Of a DNA stretch of 64,000 bases, positions 50,745 through 62,678 are shown one piece after another (the stretch's first letter is position 1; every line of letters begins with the position of its first letter). This DNA comes from Prorocentrum cordatum (Eukaryota): the NCBI GenBank assembly GCA_963575745.1, contig CAUYUJ010000140.1, positions 1-64,000 on the forward strand, written 5' to 3'. The notes under the pieces are model-generated. The model searched no databases and had not been told where the DNA came from. It saw only the letters and a program-made list of their open reading frames with translations. Position numbers and translations under genes: made by a program.

Positions 50745-51184
50745 CTCGATGGGGATGCCCGCGCGCCCGAAGCGCTCCACCACGTCGAGCAGCTGCTGCT
50801 CCGACGACAAGAACGCCGTGATGTTGTCCGACGATCGGGAGGGAAGAAGATAGAGGAAGGGCGTCATCATCATGCCGAGTGCCATCGGCCCGATGGCATG
50901 ATGACGCCCTTCTTCTATCTTCTTCCCTCCCGAGATCGCGGCGGGTCCGTCCAGATCGTCACGTAGGCGATCGCGTCCTCCGGCGGCCCCTGGAACTCCG
51001 TGAAGATGTCGTCGGGCTGGGCGTCGGGCGCGGCGTCGGGCTGGGCGTCGGCCTGGGCGTCAGGCTGGGCGTCGGGCTGGGCGTCGGGCTGGGCGCCGGC
51101 GCCGGCGCGGGCCTTGGCCTTCGCCTTCGCCTCCGCCTTCGCCTTCGCCTTCGCCGCCGCGCGGCGCTCCGCCTGCGTCGGCAT
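50745..51184 (-). pseudogene. First exon of an unknown gene broken by a MITE
   Basis: MPTQAERRAAAKAK..YVTIWTDPPRS joins SDNITAFLSSEQQLLDVVERF in frame once 101 bp are removed. A weak SL relic lies at 51224-51238. Confidence 0.5.
50835..50933. mobile_element. 99-bp foldback MITE
   Basis: TCGGGAGGGAAGAAGATAGAGGAAGGGCGTCATCAT and its near-perfect reverse complement, flanked by GA (alternatively a degenerate 4-bp duplication). Confidence 0.8.
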
Positions 51185-51789
51185 CGCGCCCGCGCTGCGA
51201 CGCCCTGGCGCGGCGCCACCGCGCCAGAGCCGAAACGGTTGCGATGGGGGGATCGGGGGGAGGAGGCGGAGGAGCAGACGGGGGATCGGGCGGGGCGACT
51301 AAGGATGCAATACCCTTGGGGGGCCACGACGGCCCAGGGATGCAGCGCCGTCCGGTGCCCGCGAGCGGCGGCAATAGTAAAACCCCAGAACGGGCGGCAA
51401 GGATGCAATGCCCATGGGCCCTCGGGCGCGAAGGATTCAAGACCCGTGGGTGCCTCGGGCCCGCGCCCCCCCACAGGGGCCCGCGATCGTCGATGCGATC
51501 GTCGTCGTTCGTCGTCTGTTGCCCGTCCATCGTCGGCCCCGTTCGTCGACGCACTGCGAGTCAAGTTGCATTGCTGCATTGACAGGGATGGGGGATGGGC
51601 CGCGCAGGCAATGGATGCAAGTGTGCGGCAGGAGTCTGGAGGAGGGCGGGGCACGGGCATGGGGCACGGGCACGGCGCATCAGAGCGGGCCAACCCCGCC
51701 AGAATCGTCGTCGCATCATCGTCGTCGTCGTCGTATTCGCGTTCCCCCTTTTACCCACCCACCCCTCACCCCAAAATAATGCATGCCTC

Positions 51790-52040
51790 GAGGAAGGTCC
51801 GCCGCCCTGCATGGCGCAGCGCCCTGGGCACGTGAGGTGACTGGCCCCTGGGCCCCTTGGGCCCAACGCCCAGAATCTCGGGCCTCCTTGGGCCCAACGC
51901 CCATGCCACCACAGCGGCGCGGCGCCTCGTCCTCCGGACGGCGCCCGAGGAAGGCCCGCCGCCCTGCATGGCGCAGGCGCCCTGGGCATGTGAGGTGACT
52001 GGCCCCTGGGCCCCTTGGGCCCAACGCCCAGAATCTCGGG
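51790..52040 (+). repeat. ~92-bp direct repeat, 2 copies (~157-bp period)
   Basis: GAGGAAGGYCCGCCGCCCTGCATGG..CCCAGAATCTCGGG at ~51790 and ~51947. Confidence 0.85.
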
Positions 52041-53472
52041 GCGAGTCCAGCCGCGGCGACGAAGGCTCCCCAGGACGAGCAACGGCGTCGTCTAACCCCA
52101 GACGCCCTCACCTTTAACCTGACGCGGCCCGATGGTACACCGTGCCCTCCTCCTCCCCCTCGTCCTCGCCATTCCTGGCGGATCCACAACCCAGTGGCTC
52201 AAAATGTGGCTCTCGCCTTTTGCGCCGCGGACACTCGTCTTACGTAAAAGTTCGCAGCGGTTACGCGGATGGTCCCCTCCTCCACTGCCCCCTCCCCCCC
52301 CTCCTCCTCCCCCCACCTGCTCCTCCCCCCCTCACCCCTGCCGGGCCTTCGGGTCGGCGCCGTCGACGTCGCCCGCGGTGCCCTTGAGCGACAACGTGTG
52401 CAAGGAGCGCGCCGACCTCCGTCTCCTGATGACCCCCGGCATCACCTGGTCGCCGAACCGCAAGCCCATCTTGCGGTTCCACCCCTGCGACAAGGTGGAG
52501 TACCTCCCAGGGCCGAAGAATACGTGCCAACACCTCTCCCCTCCCCCCGTCGCCCCACCGCCCCTCATGCATCCACATACTGGATAGCATGATTCTGATG
52601 TAACGTGCAGCAATGCAATGTATAGGGGTATACTATATATAGTGTATATGTATATATATATATCATATATATATATATATATGTATTATATATTGTCCTC
52701 GGAGGCGTCGGGGGGAGGGGGCGGGGTGGCACGCATTCCTAGGGCCAGTGAATACCTCTTGCCGACCTGCCCCAGCTCGCGCTCGAGCCGCCCCGCCCGC
52801 CGAGTCAGCCTCCTCTTGATCCGCCAGATGGGGGCGCGCTGGTCGTCCCGCTGCCTGACTCGCCGCCGCGGGGCCACTGCCTCTGCGTCCTGGGCCTCCT
52901 GGGGGCGCGGGCGAACGCTCGATTCGGCGCGCCCCCCTCCTGCGTTTCGGAACACCCCTCACGCTGCGACTGACGACGACGGACCCCGCTCGTTTCGGCA
53001 CACCCCTCACACGCTCACACGTTTCGTGCCACGTTACGTGCTGAAGCCCGGTGCAAAGGTGGAACCCTGCCCCCCCCTTCCCCCTTCCGGGGCCCTTCCG
53101 AGCCCCAGAATTCCCAAATCCAAAACAATAGTACGGGCGCATGGTTAGGATGCAAGACCCTCTTGCAGCGTGGACGCCCCTGGACGTAGCGTGGCCTATA
53201 GCCTCATTAGCCTATGGCCCATGGCGCAAGCAATGGGGGGGGGGGCAAGTTGCTTCTCGGCGGCCGAGGGCGCAATCGAAAATGCTAGCCTCGTTCCATG
53301 GTCCCGCCTGCCCCCCTCCCTCCCTCCTCCCCCCCTCCCCAGACACGTCCCCCTCCTTCGTCTCCTCCTTCCTCCTCCTTCCTCATCATTATTCCTTCCA
53401 CCTCCTTCCTCATCCTCCTTCATCCTTCCTTCTTCCTCATCCTCCCTCCACCTTCTCCGGGCTGCGGCCAGC

Positions 53473-53760
53473 AGTGGCGACGACGGGGGCCCCCGAAGGT
53501 CCGAAGGTCAACTTGTCTCCGCTGGCCCTCCTCTGAGCATCGCCGTCAACAGCCAGCGCGGCAACGATGACCAATGACCAGGGGAGGGCCAATTTGAATC
53601 AGAGACCTAATCAAAATCTGCAGACTGAAAACTGAAGACCGAGCTGCGCCGAGCCGTGGCGACGAGGGGCCCCCCGAAGGTCCGAAGGTCAAGTGCCGTT
53701 ATTCTGTTATCTCAACTGGCCCTCCTCTGAGCATCGTCGTCGACAGCCAGCGCGGCAACA
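53473..53760 (+). repeat. ~95-bp imperfect direct repeat, 2 copies
   Basis: GTGGCGACGA..CCCCGAAGGTCCGAAGGTCAA..CTGGCCCTCCTCTGAGCATCG..CAGCCAGCGCGGCAAC occurs twice. Confidence 0.75.
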
Positions 53761-54378
53761 GACGACGACTAGAAGAGGGCCAATTGAGACAACGGCTCCT
53801 CGAAATCCGATTGTCGATTGAGGTCCCGCGCGGCGGGCTGCGCCGCGACGCCATCGGCGCCGCTCGGCGCCCCGAAGAAGCCCTCGTCGAAGACCGACGG
53901 GGCCCACATCGGGCCAGCGCGGCGCGGAGGGCGCACCTCCCTAAGCGCCTAAGCAAAACGACATCGGGCGAGGCGAGGAGGAGGTGGGGGAGGAGTGCGA
54001 CAGGAGCAAAAGGATGCCGAGGTCACCTGGTCACCTGACTTCGCGCGTCGCGAACCGCGATGCGCGACGCGCGGTGCTCTTCGCCCCCTCGCGCCGACAT
54101 CCTGGAGATGGGCAGCTCTCTAGCCCAGGCCGCGACGCGCAAAGCGCGACTATCTACGCGCCGAAGAGAATGGGACCGGGTAACCTAAGACCTAGGATAC
54201 GCAGAGAAATGGCGCGATGGCGAAAAGGATGAGGGATGAGAGGGCGAGCTCGCAACAGTAAGTGGACGGGGCCGGAAGGAGGAGCTAGCGCAGCGCCGGA
54301 AGAGGGAGGAAGCCAGGATGAGGAGATGATGAGAGGAGAGATGAGGAAAGGCTGAGGGAGTCGGATCCTTTCTACTTT

Positions 54379-55830
54379 CTACGTTGCCGACGTGGCGCTG
54401 GCGACCGTCTCCTTGGCCGACGCGGCGTTGCTGAGCAGTCGCCCCCCGGGCAGCGCGGCCTCGACCCGCCCCGCAGGTCCGCCGAACAGCCTGCGCGCGC
54501 AGTGGGCGGCCAAGAGCTGGCTGTAGACGTCTGCAAGGGGAGTGTCAGGCGCTGCCCTCGCCACGAAGCGTTCCACCCCCTCGAAGGTCAGGAAGCGCAT
54601 CGAGCCGCCGTCGATGACCGCCTGCAAGACGTGGACCTCCCTCAATGAGGGCGTGTACTGGCCATCTGGAATGTCGCACTGGCCCTCGTCATTGGCGCCG
54701 CAAGCCACGGCAATGCCGTCGGATGTGAGCAGCACCTCGAGCGTTCTAGTCGCTACGGCTGGATTCGCCTTTGATGCGATTGATGCGGGGTCTCGTCGCC
54801 ACGGGCGGCGTCCGGGACCACCTCGAAATCTACATCCCAAGAGCTCTGCCCGAAGCCCTGACTCCCAAATCTAAGTCCTATGGTCAGACCGCGCCCCGGG
54901 AGAGTTGGGGGGATCGCAAATCACCGCCGACCACCGACCACCACCAACCACCAACAACCAGCACCGCTCCCCCCGGCACTGCACCGTGCGATCAGCTCCA
55001 GCGGACACCTGCGTGTAGGTCTGGTCGCCGCGCAGCGCTGGGAGATCGCACTGTCCGAAATCATTCGAACCGCAAGCAGCGGCGGTGCCATCGCTCATGA
55101 GCAGCACCGCGTGGAGCCCCCCAGCGGCTACTTGTGTGTAAGTCGAGCCCTCATCCAGCGGGGGGATGTCGCACTGCCCGCGGTCATTGTGGCCGCATGC
55201 CACCGCCGCCCCGCCGCTCGTCAGCAACACTGCGTGATGTTCACCAGCCGCAACTTGCGTGTAGGTCTGGCCCGCGATCAGCGCGGGCACCTGCGCGGCC
55301 AACGACTCCACGTAGTCCTCGTCCATCGCGTCTTGCACGTTGGCCGTCTCGCCGCGCATCCACGGCGGCGGTTCGAAGCCGCGGGCGACAACGGCCCCGT
55401 CGCTCCTCAGCAACGCGATGTGGTTGTTGCCGACGGCGACCTGCACGTACGTCAGCCCTTCGCCCAGCTGCGGCACCCACGCCACGTCATCCGTGCTGAG
55501 CCACGGCATCTGTCTGCCAAGATCGGTGACGCCCGCGCTGACGGCCGCGCCATCGCTCTTGAGCAGCAACGCCATGGTTCCCCCGGCGGCGACTTGCGTG
55601 TAAGTCAGGCCGTCGCCGAGAGCTGGGATGTCGCATGGCCCGCAGTGGTTGATGCCGCAAGCCACTGCCGTGCCATCGCTCGTCAGAAGCACCGCGTGAC
55701 CAGCTCCGGCAGCAATTTGGGTGTAGGTCTGGCCCACCCCCAGCGCCGGGACGTCGCACCTGCCGCCGTAAACCTCGCCGCGGGCCACGGCCGCGCCATC
55801 GGTCCTGAGTAGAACTGCGCGTCGTTGCCC
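54379..55830 (-). CDS. RCC1-repeat (beta-propeller) protein, 3' part, two exons
   Basis: About 7 repeats of TYTQVAAGxxHAVLLxSDGxAVACGxNxxGQCDIP. GT-AG intron at 54984-54736, phase 0. Stop at 54379-54381. 5' end not identified. Confidence 0.85.
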
Positions 55831-56280
55831 ACGCGCGTTCCACATGGTCACGCGGTGCGCCAACAGTACTCGAGACAAACTGGCCACGGACGGGGGGGGG
55901 AAGGAGGTGGAGGTCCCACAGGCCCACAGGAACTCCCCAGGGCGCGAAACGCGTGAGGGGCGTGCTGATATCAGAGGGGGGCGGGGGGGGCATGTATGCC
56001 TTATGCCTAATGCTGCATGCGAACGCACCCATTTGGCTAAACAGCTTTAAGCCGCTCCCCATGGGCCACGGGGCCCATTATCAGCCTCGGGACCATGCTT
56101 TGTGTGGCTTGCATGGTAGATACCATATGGCCCATACAAGACAATTATCGGTAAAACAAGACAATTAAAGGAAATCGCAACACAATTAAAGGGAATACAA
56201 GGCAATTAGCGGGAAGGATTAACGGAAGGCTGAATCACCAAAAGGGGGGTGGGACACCACTTGCAACAGTTCGGGCGAGC

Positions 56281-56560
56281 TCAAGCGATTTGCAGCCCTC
56301 CACGCGCACTAAAGTATCTGCCAGCTCGGCCGCGCCTGAAGTTCGCCACCTGCGCGGCGCCCCGGGCCAGCCCGAGCTCGTTCGCAGCGCGGGCCATCTG
56401 AGCCGACAGTCTGCAGCGCTGCTGGCATGCGGATTTCTTGGCGCGCTTCAGAACCCCAATGCGCGCAGCCTGTGTCTCTACAGTGCGTTCCAGCTCGTTG
56501 ATCCGATCCAAAGCCTGCCTCAACTGCTCCGCGTCGCTGAAGGGGGCGGCCTGGGCAGGT
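56281..56560 (-). pseudogene. Coiled-coil exon fragment ending RYFSARGGLQIA
   Basis: AEQLRQALDRINELERTVETQAARIGVLKRAKK..; protein-like composition, truncated at a stop. Confidence 0.3.
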
Positions 56561-58649
56561 GGAGCAGCTGGGGCTGGCGGGGCCGCGGCGGCGCGACAAG
56601 GGCCGGCAGCCGCCAGCGCGCCTGGGGCGGGGCGGAGAGGGGGGGGGAATGCGGAGGAGGCGGACGACGACGACAAGGACGAGCCCCCCCCGTCGAGGGC
56701 AGAATTTGTCTCGGTCAAGACCCCCTGAGGAGGAGGAGAAGGAGGAGGAGGGGGAGGAGGGAGGAGGAGGAGGGGGGAGGAGGAGGAGGAGGAGGGAGGG
56801 AGGGGGGGCAAGGGAGGAGGAGGACGATGAGGGGGACTGAGGAGGAGGCGGACGACGACGACGACAACGTCGACGACGAGGTGAGGGCGAGGGGGGGGGG
56901 TGCGCAGCGGCGCAGCGGCAGTAGGAAGAGGAGGGGGAGGAGGAGGGGGAGGTGGGGGGCGACGTCGACGGCGACGACACCTTCCCCCGTCGCGCCGTGT
57001 TACCCCTGTATTCCTGAGCCTCGTCACCTTCTCCTCCTCCTCCTCTTCCTCCTCCTCCTCCCCCTCTCCTCGTCCTTGTCCTCCTCCTCATCAGCATCAT
57101 CGGCATCATCGTCATGCTCATCCTCATCATCATCACCCTCCTCCCTCTCGTGCTTCTCGTCCGTCGTCGCATCTCCGCCCCATGTCCATCCTCACCTCGT
57201 CTGTCGTCATCCTGCTATCCCTCAGCCCCCCCCGCTACCGCCGCTGCTCCGCGCGCCGCGGCCGGGGCGTCGGCTGTCCAGTACCTGGGCGGAGTGGCGC
57301 GCGGAGTGGTGGCGGGGGGGCAACACAAGCGACCGCCGCGACCGCCGTCCTCATCCTCCTCCTCATCCTCCTCCTCCTCCTCCTCTCCTCTCCTCCGCCT
57401 CCTCCCCCTCCTCCTCCTCCCCCCCCTCCTCCTCCTCCTCCCCCTCCTCATCCTCGTCCTCCTCCTCTGCCTCCTCATCCTCCTACTACTGCCCATCTCA
57501 TTCGTTCTGGGCCTGGGCGCCTCCCGCCAAGCCGTCGACGCCACGGCGTTCCCCGCCAAGTCCAAGATGCCCGGGGCCCGCGCCCGCTGGCACCAACTGG
57601 CGAGCCTCGCGTAACACAGGAAGGGTGCAACACAGAAAAAGACAAGACAAATAAGCATGGGAGTGATGGGCAATGGCCCATCGCCTGCGAGCGGCCCACT
57701 CGCGCTGGAAGGCGCACCCCACGCGAAGTTGGCCCAGAAACTGGGCCAGCTGAGATTCACCGATCACAAGCTCGTTATCGTGAACAGTGACAAATTGCAA
57801 AAACAGAAAGTCGAGGCGCCGCTTCACGAAGGACACGCGCGGGCGCGACGCGCCCGGCGCGCCCGGGCAGGTGGCCAGACCAATGGCGCTCGAGCCGCCC
57901 AAGGCGCCAAGGCGCCCCAGGCACGCTGCAGATGGCGGGTTCGAGGGGGGAGTGGAGTGGAGAGAGCGCGGGGGGGTGGGGGTCTGAATTCTCGGCATCG
58001 CCCCCCGCCTTTTTTTTTGTGTGTGCGTGGGGGGCGGCGCGTCGACGGCAACGATCAGTCGTGAGCTGAGCGGGCTGGTCGGTCGACTCACCCGCAACAC
58101 CAACACCTACACCTACCGACAGCGCAACTCTTTACCTGATCTTTTAAATATGGTGCAAACTCATAAAGAAAAGAAAGACAGGTGCGAAGTCAACTGAGGT
58201 CAACGCCGAAATGCGCAACGACTAATATGCCTGCGGGTGCACAGAACAGACGTGATCAGTGTGGGCGTGGGGTTGTCCCCGTCCCCATCCTCCTCATCCT
58301 CCTACTCCTCCTCCTCCTCCTCCTCCTCCTCCTCCTCCTCCTCCTCCCCCTCCTCCTCCTCATCGTCCCCATCCTCCTCGCGCCACTGCCGCACGCGTGC
58401 GCGCGCGGAGGAGCTTGGGCGGGGAGGGCGGGAGAGGGGCGGGCGGGGGGGGGGGAAAGGAAGCACGAGGCGATGTTTACAACACCACTGTCAAAACGGA
58501 GAAGGAGAAGACAGACGAGTTTGCCCCGGAGAGCAGGCGGCACACCCACACCGAGAGAAGCGCGACGTGCACGCGCGACCGCGCAGTGGCCGTCAGCCGC
58601 CAATGGAATTTAAAACTAGACAAGCCCAGCACGCTACTACTCAGTCTAC

Positions 58650-59381
58650 TCAGTGCGTGGAGGTCATCCCGCTCCGCGGGCAGCGGCCGTTTCGAAAGCG
58701 CAGGAGATTCTCGCGGCCGCCAATCGTCCTCGTCAACGCGCACGGGGCGCGCAGCCTCTCGGTCATCGCCGTCTGGCGGTAGCGGCCGCAACGAACGCAC
58801 GCGGCGACCGACCGGAAGCTCCGCGTCTGATGGTTGACGTCGCAGAGGTGAAAAAAGCCCGCCAGCAAGTCCGAGAGGCGGATCGCGGCCGAAGCGATTG
58901 CTGTCCCACGGTTTGTCATTGGGCCAGCCGCGCTCGTTGGCGACGTCGTGGCCACCGCCAGCAGCAGGAGCAGCAGAAGCTGCAGCAGCAGGGCCAGGGC
59001 CAGCATCATCATCCGAATCATCAGCGCGGAACGAATCAGCACCGTCATCATCGCCTGCGCCGGCGCCGCCAGGAGCGGCATCGCCGCCGCCGCCGAGACC
59101 ACCGACAAGGTCAAGCATAGGGGCAGAACTGCGAGCCCACGGCTGGGCGGCGGCCTCGAGGAGCCCCGCGCGCAGTCCAACCTACGGGGCCCCGCAAACG
59201 AGGACATTGATAAACCAGAGCGCGGCGCAAACACGGGGCGAAGTCCCTGCGTGATGTAGCAGCGCCCTGGTTAACAATTTCAACGCCCTGGTTCCCAGGC
59301 CCCTGAAACCTTCTCGCGCAACCCGCGTCGGAACGCGATGCGGCACTCCCGGGGGCTGCGGCTACGCGCGGCGGCGCCCAT
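58650..59381 (-). pseudogene. Decayed small gene with a C-terminal His/Cys motif (H..CVRCGRY..C)
   Basis: ATG at 59381 lies downstream of an SL relic; HQTRSFRSVAACVRCGRY..LRAPC..LLRFRNGRCP follows a probable frameshift. Confidence 0.35.
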
Positions 59382-59452
59382 TGCCACGGCTGCCACGGGC
59401 CGGGGAGGGGGGGCGAGTCTCAGAGGCGGCGTGACCTGAGCACAAGAAGTAG

Positions 59453-59472
59453 CTAGAGCCAAAATGGCTGCG
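59453..59472 (-). other. Relic dinoflagellate spliced leader
   Basis: CGCAGCCATTTTGGCTCTAG, 18/20 identical to the 3' 20 nt of DinoSL. Confidence 0.8.
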
Positions 59473-60013
59473 AACAACTGGCACGGGGAAAGGAACAGGG
59501 GTGGGCACGGGCGGGGATGATGGAAACTGACAGGAGGGGAATGACGTGAGAAGGGACTGGTACGAGAGGCCGCCAGCGATCAACAACTGATTGACTCACA
59601 TCATCGATGGTATTTCAGGTATCCTGAGAGACTTTGTCTGCTCCCCGACGCCCCTGGACTCCTGGGCGGCCTAGGCGCCACCAATGCGACGCAGGACGCA
59701 AGCCCTGGGAAGCTCCGAGGGGCCCCCAAGCAGCACCCGAAGCCCACCATGATGCTTCAGTCGCGCGCACGAAAAACCCAAGGGACCCGTTCGCAAGAGC
59801 CCAACCCTCATCCTATGATATCGCCGTCGCCGTCGCCACCGTCTCATCCTTCACCCCGCGTGGCATGCGTGCTACACTGACTCGTCATTCCCATCCTTCT
59901 CATTTCTCACCAACATGTGCGATCCTCCTCTCTCGTAGACCGATTGACGTCAAGCGGCGCTGCGCCCCGCAAAGCCAGCGCGCAACATGCAGACAGGCCA
60001 ACGTGCATATGCC

Positions 60014-62580
60014 TTAAAACTTCGCACATCGAACAATCAGACGTTGTGAAGTATGGTGTGAATTACACCAGGTAAGCGAAGTAATTCGAAATACGGGGTC
60101 GTTCTTGAATGATGTTATATAGCCCGACATTGAGTGATGCCCACCCACAATGTTATCATTCGGGCGCGCCTGCAGATGTGTGAAATTACCCTGCCATGTT
60201 GCATTTTGCGAAGTAACGCTGTGATGGATGATGGTCGTGCGTGTGATTTGTGCAATGTAGGTTAAGGAAACCATATTATTGTTTTCCCCAACATGTGTTT
60301 CAAAATCACGCGATGTATCATCATGTTTTTAAACATTGATGTGCTAAATTATGAACGTCCCTGCGGCTTGCGCATCGCAGGGTCGACGACCCATAATATT
60401 GAAACGCCTACGTTTACATTCAAAAAAAAACGCAAGCACTACTCGATTTATTTAATTGAGCCTGTCAACAAAATACTTCTCGCCGAGCACTGAGGCCAGT
60501 CCCAGGAGGGCCCCCCCCCCTCCTGGGGGAGGGCGCAAACCTCAACGTAACCAGCAGGAGCGGCCTACCCTCGCCTCCATGAACGCATTCCCGACCATGA
60601 ACTACATCAGTTTGCTTCTTCATGTAGATCGTCGACGCGAGCGGAACAAGCACCAGCTCCTCAGCCTCAAACAAACGCGTTGCGGTGAGGGCACGGAACT
60701 CTATAGGCGTAGTCGCGTAACTCAAGTACTTGAGAGAGTTGCCGTTTTGGCTGTGTACATCGTCCAAGGCCAGCCTGATTGTAGGCTCCTCTATACTCCA
60801 CTGGTAGTCGACCGGCTTGAGGGGGCCATGGCCAGCAAACTTGTCGATCGTTTCCGATGGGGGAGCAGCGACGAAGATAGATGAGACATGAAGACGCGCG
60901 GTGGGCTAAATTAGATGAGGGAACAACGCAAGAACATTCAGATGCATGGGGCGCATGCATGTCGAGCGAATTGCGACGAGCCCGCAAGACTGTCCTTCGT
61001 AATCGTGGACGCGGCGAACTGGCCGCGTAGGAAGTCGCCCGTGGGGTGGAACGACGCATTGCCAGCGGCATGAAGCTGCAACTTCACGCCAGCCACGGCG
61101 TCGGTGGAGAACACCTCGCATGCGTTCTCGCCCGAGGTGTCATTCGGCAAGGCGACTTTGGCGCCAACCTCAAACCCTGCGTCGCTGAGCTCGCCCACTT
61201 GTCTCGACCACTTGCTCGAAGCGGCGAACCCTTTCACGTCGGAGCTGCGCCCTTGCGTTGTCGCGGCTTTGGGCGCGCGCTCGGTCTGACTCCATGGGCT
61301 AGCAACTGATCTGCCAACGAGCGCTGCCAACGCAGCGGCGAAACCGACACGGATGCCATTCATCGTCTTGCAATTGTCCAAGCGCCGATCGGGCTTGCTG
61401 AACACGAAACGAACTACGCGAACGTCAGTCAATCCCACGATGGTGCCGTAGGCGGCCGTGTCTGCCGCGATGCCTCGGCCTTTTGCGATCCGTCGCACTT
61501 TCTGAAGGGACTCATCAGCCACCAATACAACAATAAACTTCTTATCGATCGACAAGGCGGTCACGTCGCCCGGCTTCAAAAGCAACTGGCTGCCATCCTC
61601 GCGAACTTGCCCGTCGCGCATGTCATCGCCTACACGCGTGGGAGCTTGAATGTCACCGCGGCCCCCTCATGCTTGATCTGCACGTCGGCGAGAGACTTCG
61701 CCAAAGAATCCGTGGCCACGCGCAGGGAGGTCAGCTGCCGCGAGAAGTCGCGAAGCTCGTTCAGGAAGATGGGGTTGGCGAGGCCGCCAGACACCTCCTT
61801 CGCACATTTGACTAACCCATCGATTTCCCCAGGAAAGAGCGATCCCGCGCGAGTGGCCTCACGGATGACATTGTCCCAATCGATGGTGCTGTCTGCATGG
61901 TGGCGGTTCGCAATAGCTGCGATTTTGAACATCAGACCCATGCGACTCTCGCACCTCGCAATATGCTGACCAGCGTTGCCAGCTTCTTGCGCCAGGTTGC
62001 TGACCCATGGGAACTGCTTGAACAACTCGCATCGAAACACCTTCCATTCGATGCCCTCGTCGCAAGACTTTGCGTAATCGGGTTGCACGTTCCGCAATCT
62101 CCCCAATGACAACTTACCATCATGCGATATGTTGTCAAATCGTTATGGCATTGGCGTTGGCACGGGAACTTCTGCGTTAAAGCAACGCAAACCCATGCTC
62201 GTGTGCCCGCAAGTATAGCTTGCGAACTTGGCATCGCAATCATAGTGAGGTAACTGGCCTGGAGGATCACGCATGATTTTGAAATTGAACGTCTTGATCT
62301 TCTCATACTCAGGTGTGTCCACTGGTGGGAGCTCCATGCAAGCTGGATCCATGAGGGCCGAATTTCCGAAACCATTCCTGAAGATCTTCACGATCAAATC
62401 CAACCCCTCGCTCGGGACAATACCATCCCCATACCGATTCTCCGTACACACAAACATAAATATTGAATGTATCTTCTCCACCCTGAGGCAATCGATGTTC
62501 CTGGCGATCCCACAGACATCCTCAAACAATGAAACCACAGGCGCGTATGGCTGCAAATGCGCTTGCTTGATTGGCATCAT
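60014..62580 (-). pseudogene. Decayed intron-poor gene with a putative N-terminal ParB/Srx-like domain
   Basis: ORFs 62143-62580 and 61630-62112 share a frame across a TAA. A TAG and a frameshift near 61600-61630 lead into 60938-61621. Motifs ENRYGDG..LIVKIFRNGF..P and FASYTCGHT..LR. Visibly lower GC than the flanks. Confidence 0.55.
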
Positions 62581-62644
62581 CTCACCACTGACATTCGTTC
62601 TATGTTTATTCTAGGGAGGCGTTCATCACGCCGTGTGAAAGAAT

Positions 62645-62678
62645 CCGAGCCCAAACGGCTTGAGCCAAAACTCGACGG
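62645..62678 (-). other. Tandem relic spliced leaders
   Basis: CCGTCGAGTTTTGGCTCAAG-CCGTTTGGGCTCGG, ~65 bp before the ATG at 62580. Confidence 0.7.

Noticed and set aside
54880..55812. Plus-strand 310-aa ORF (likewise 6407-7246 and 9247-10338)
   Set aside because: Antisense shadows of GC3-rich minus-strand genes.
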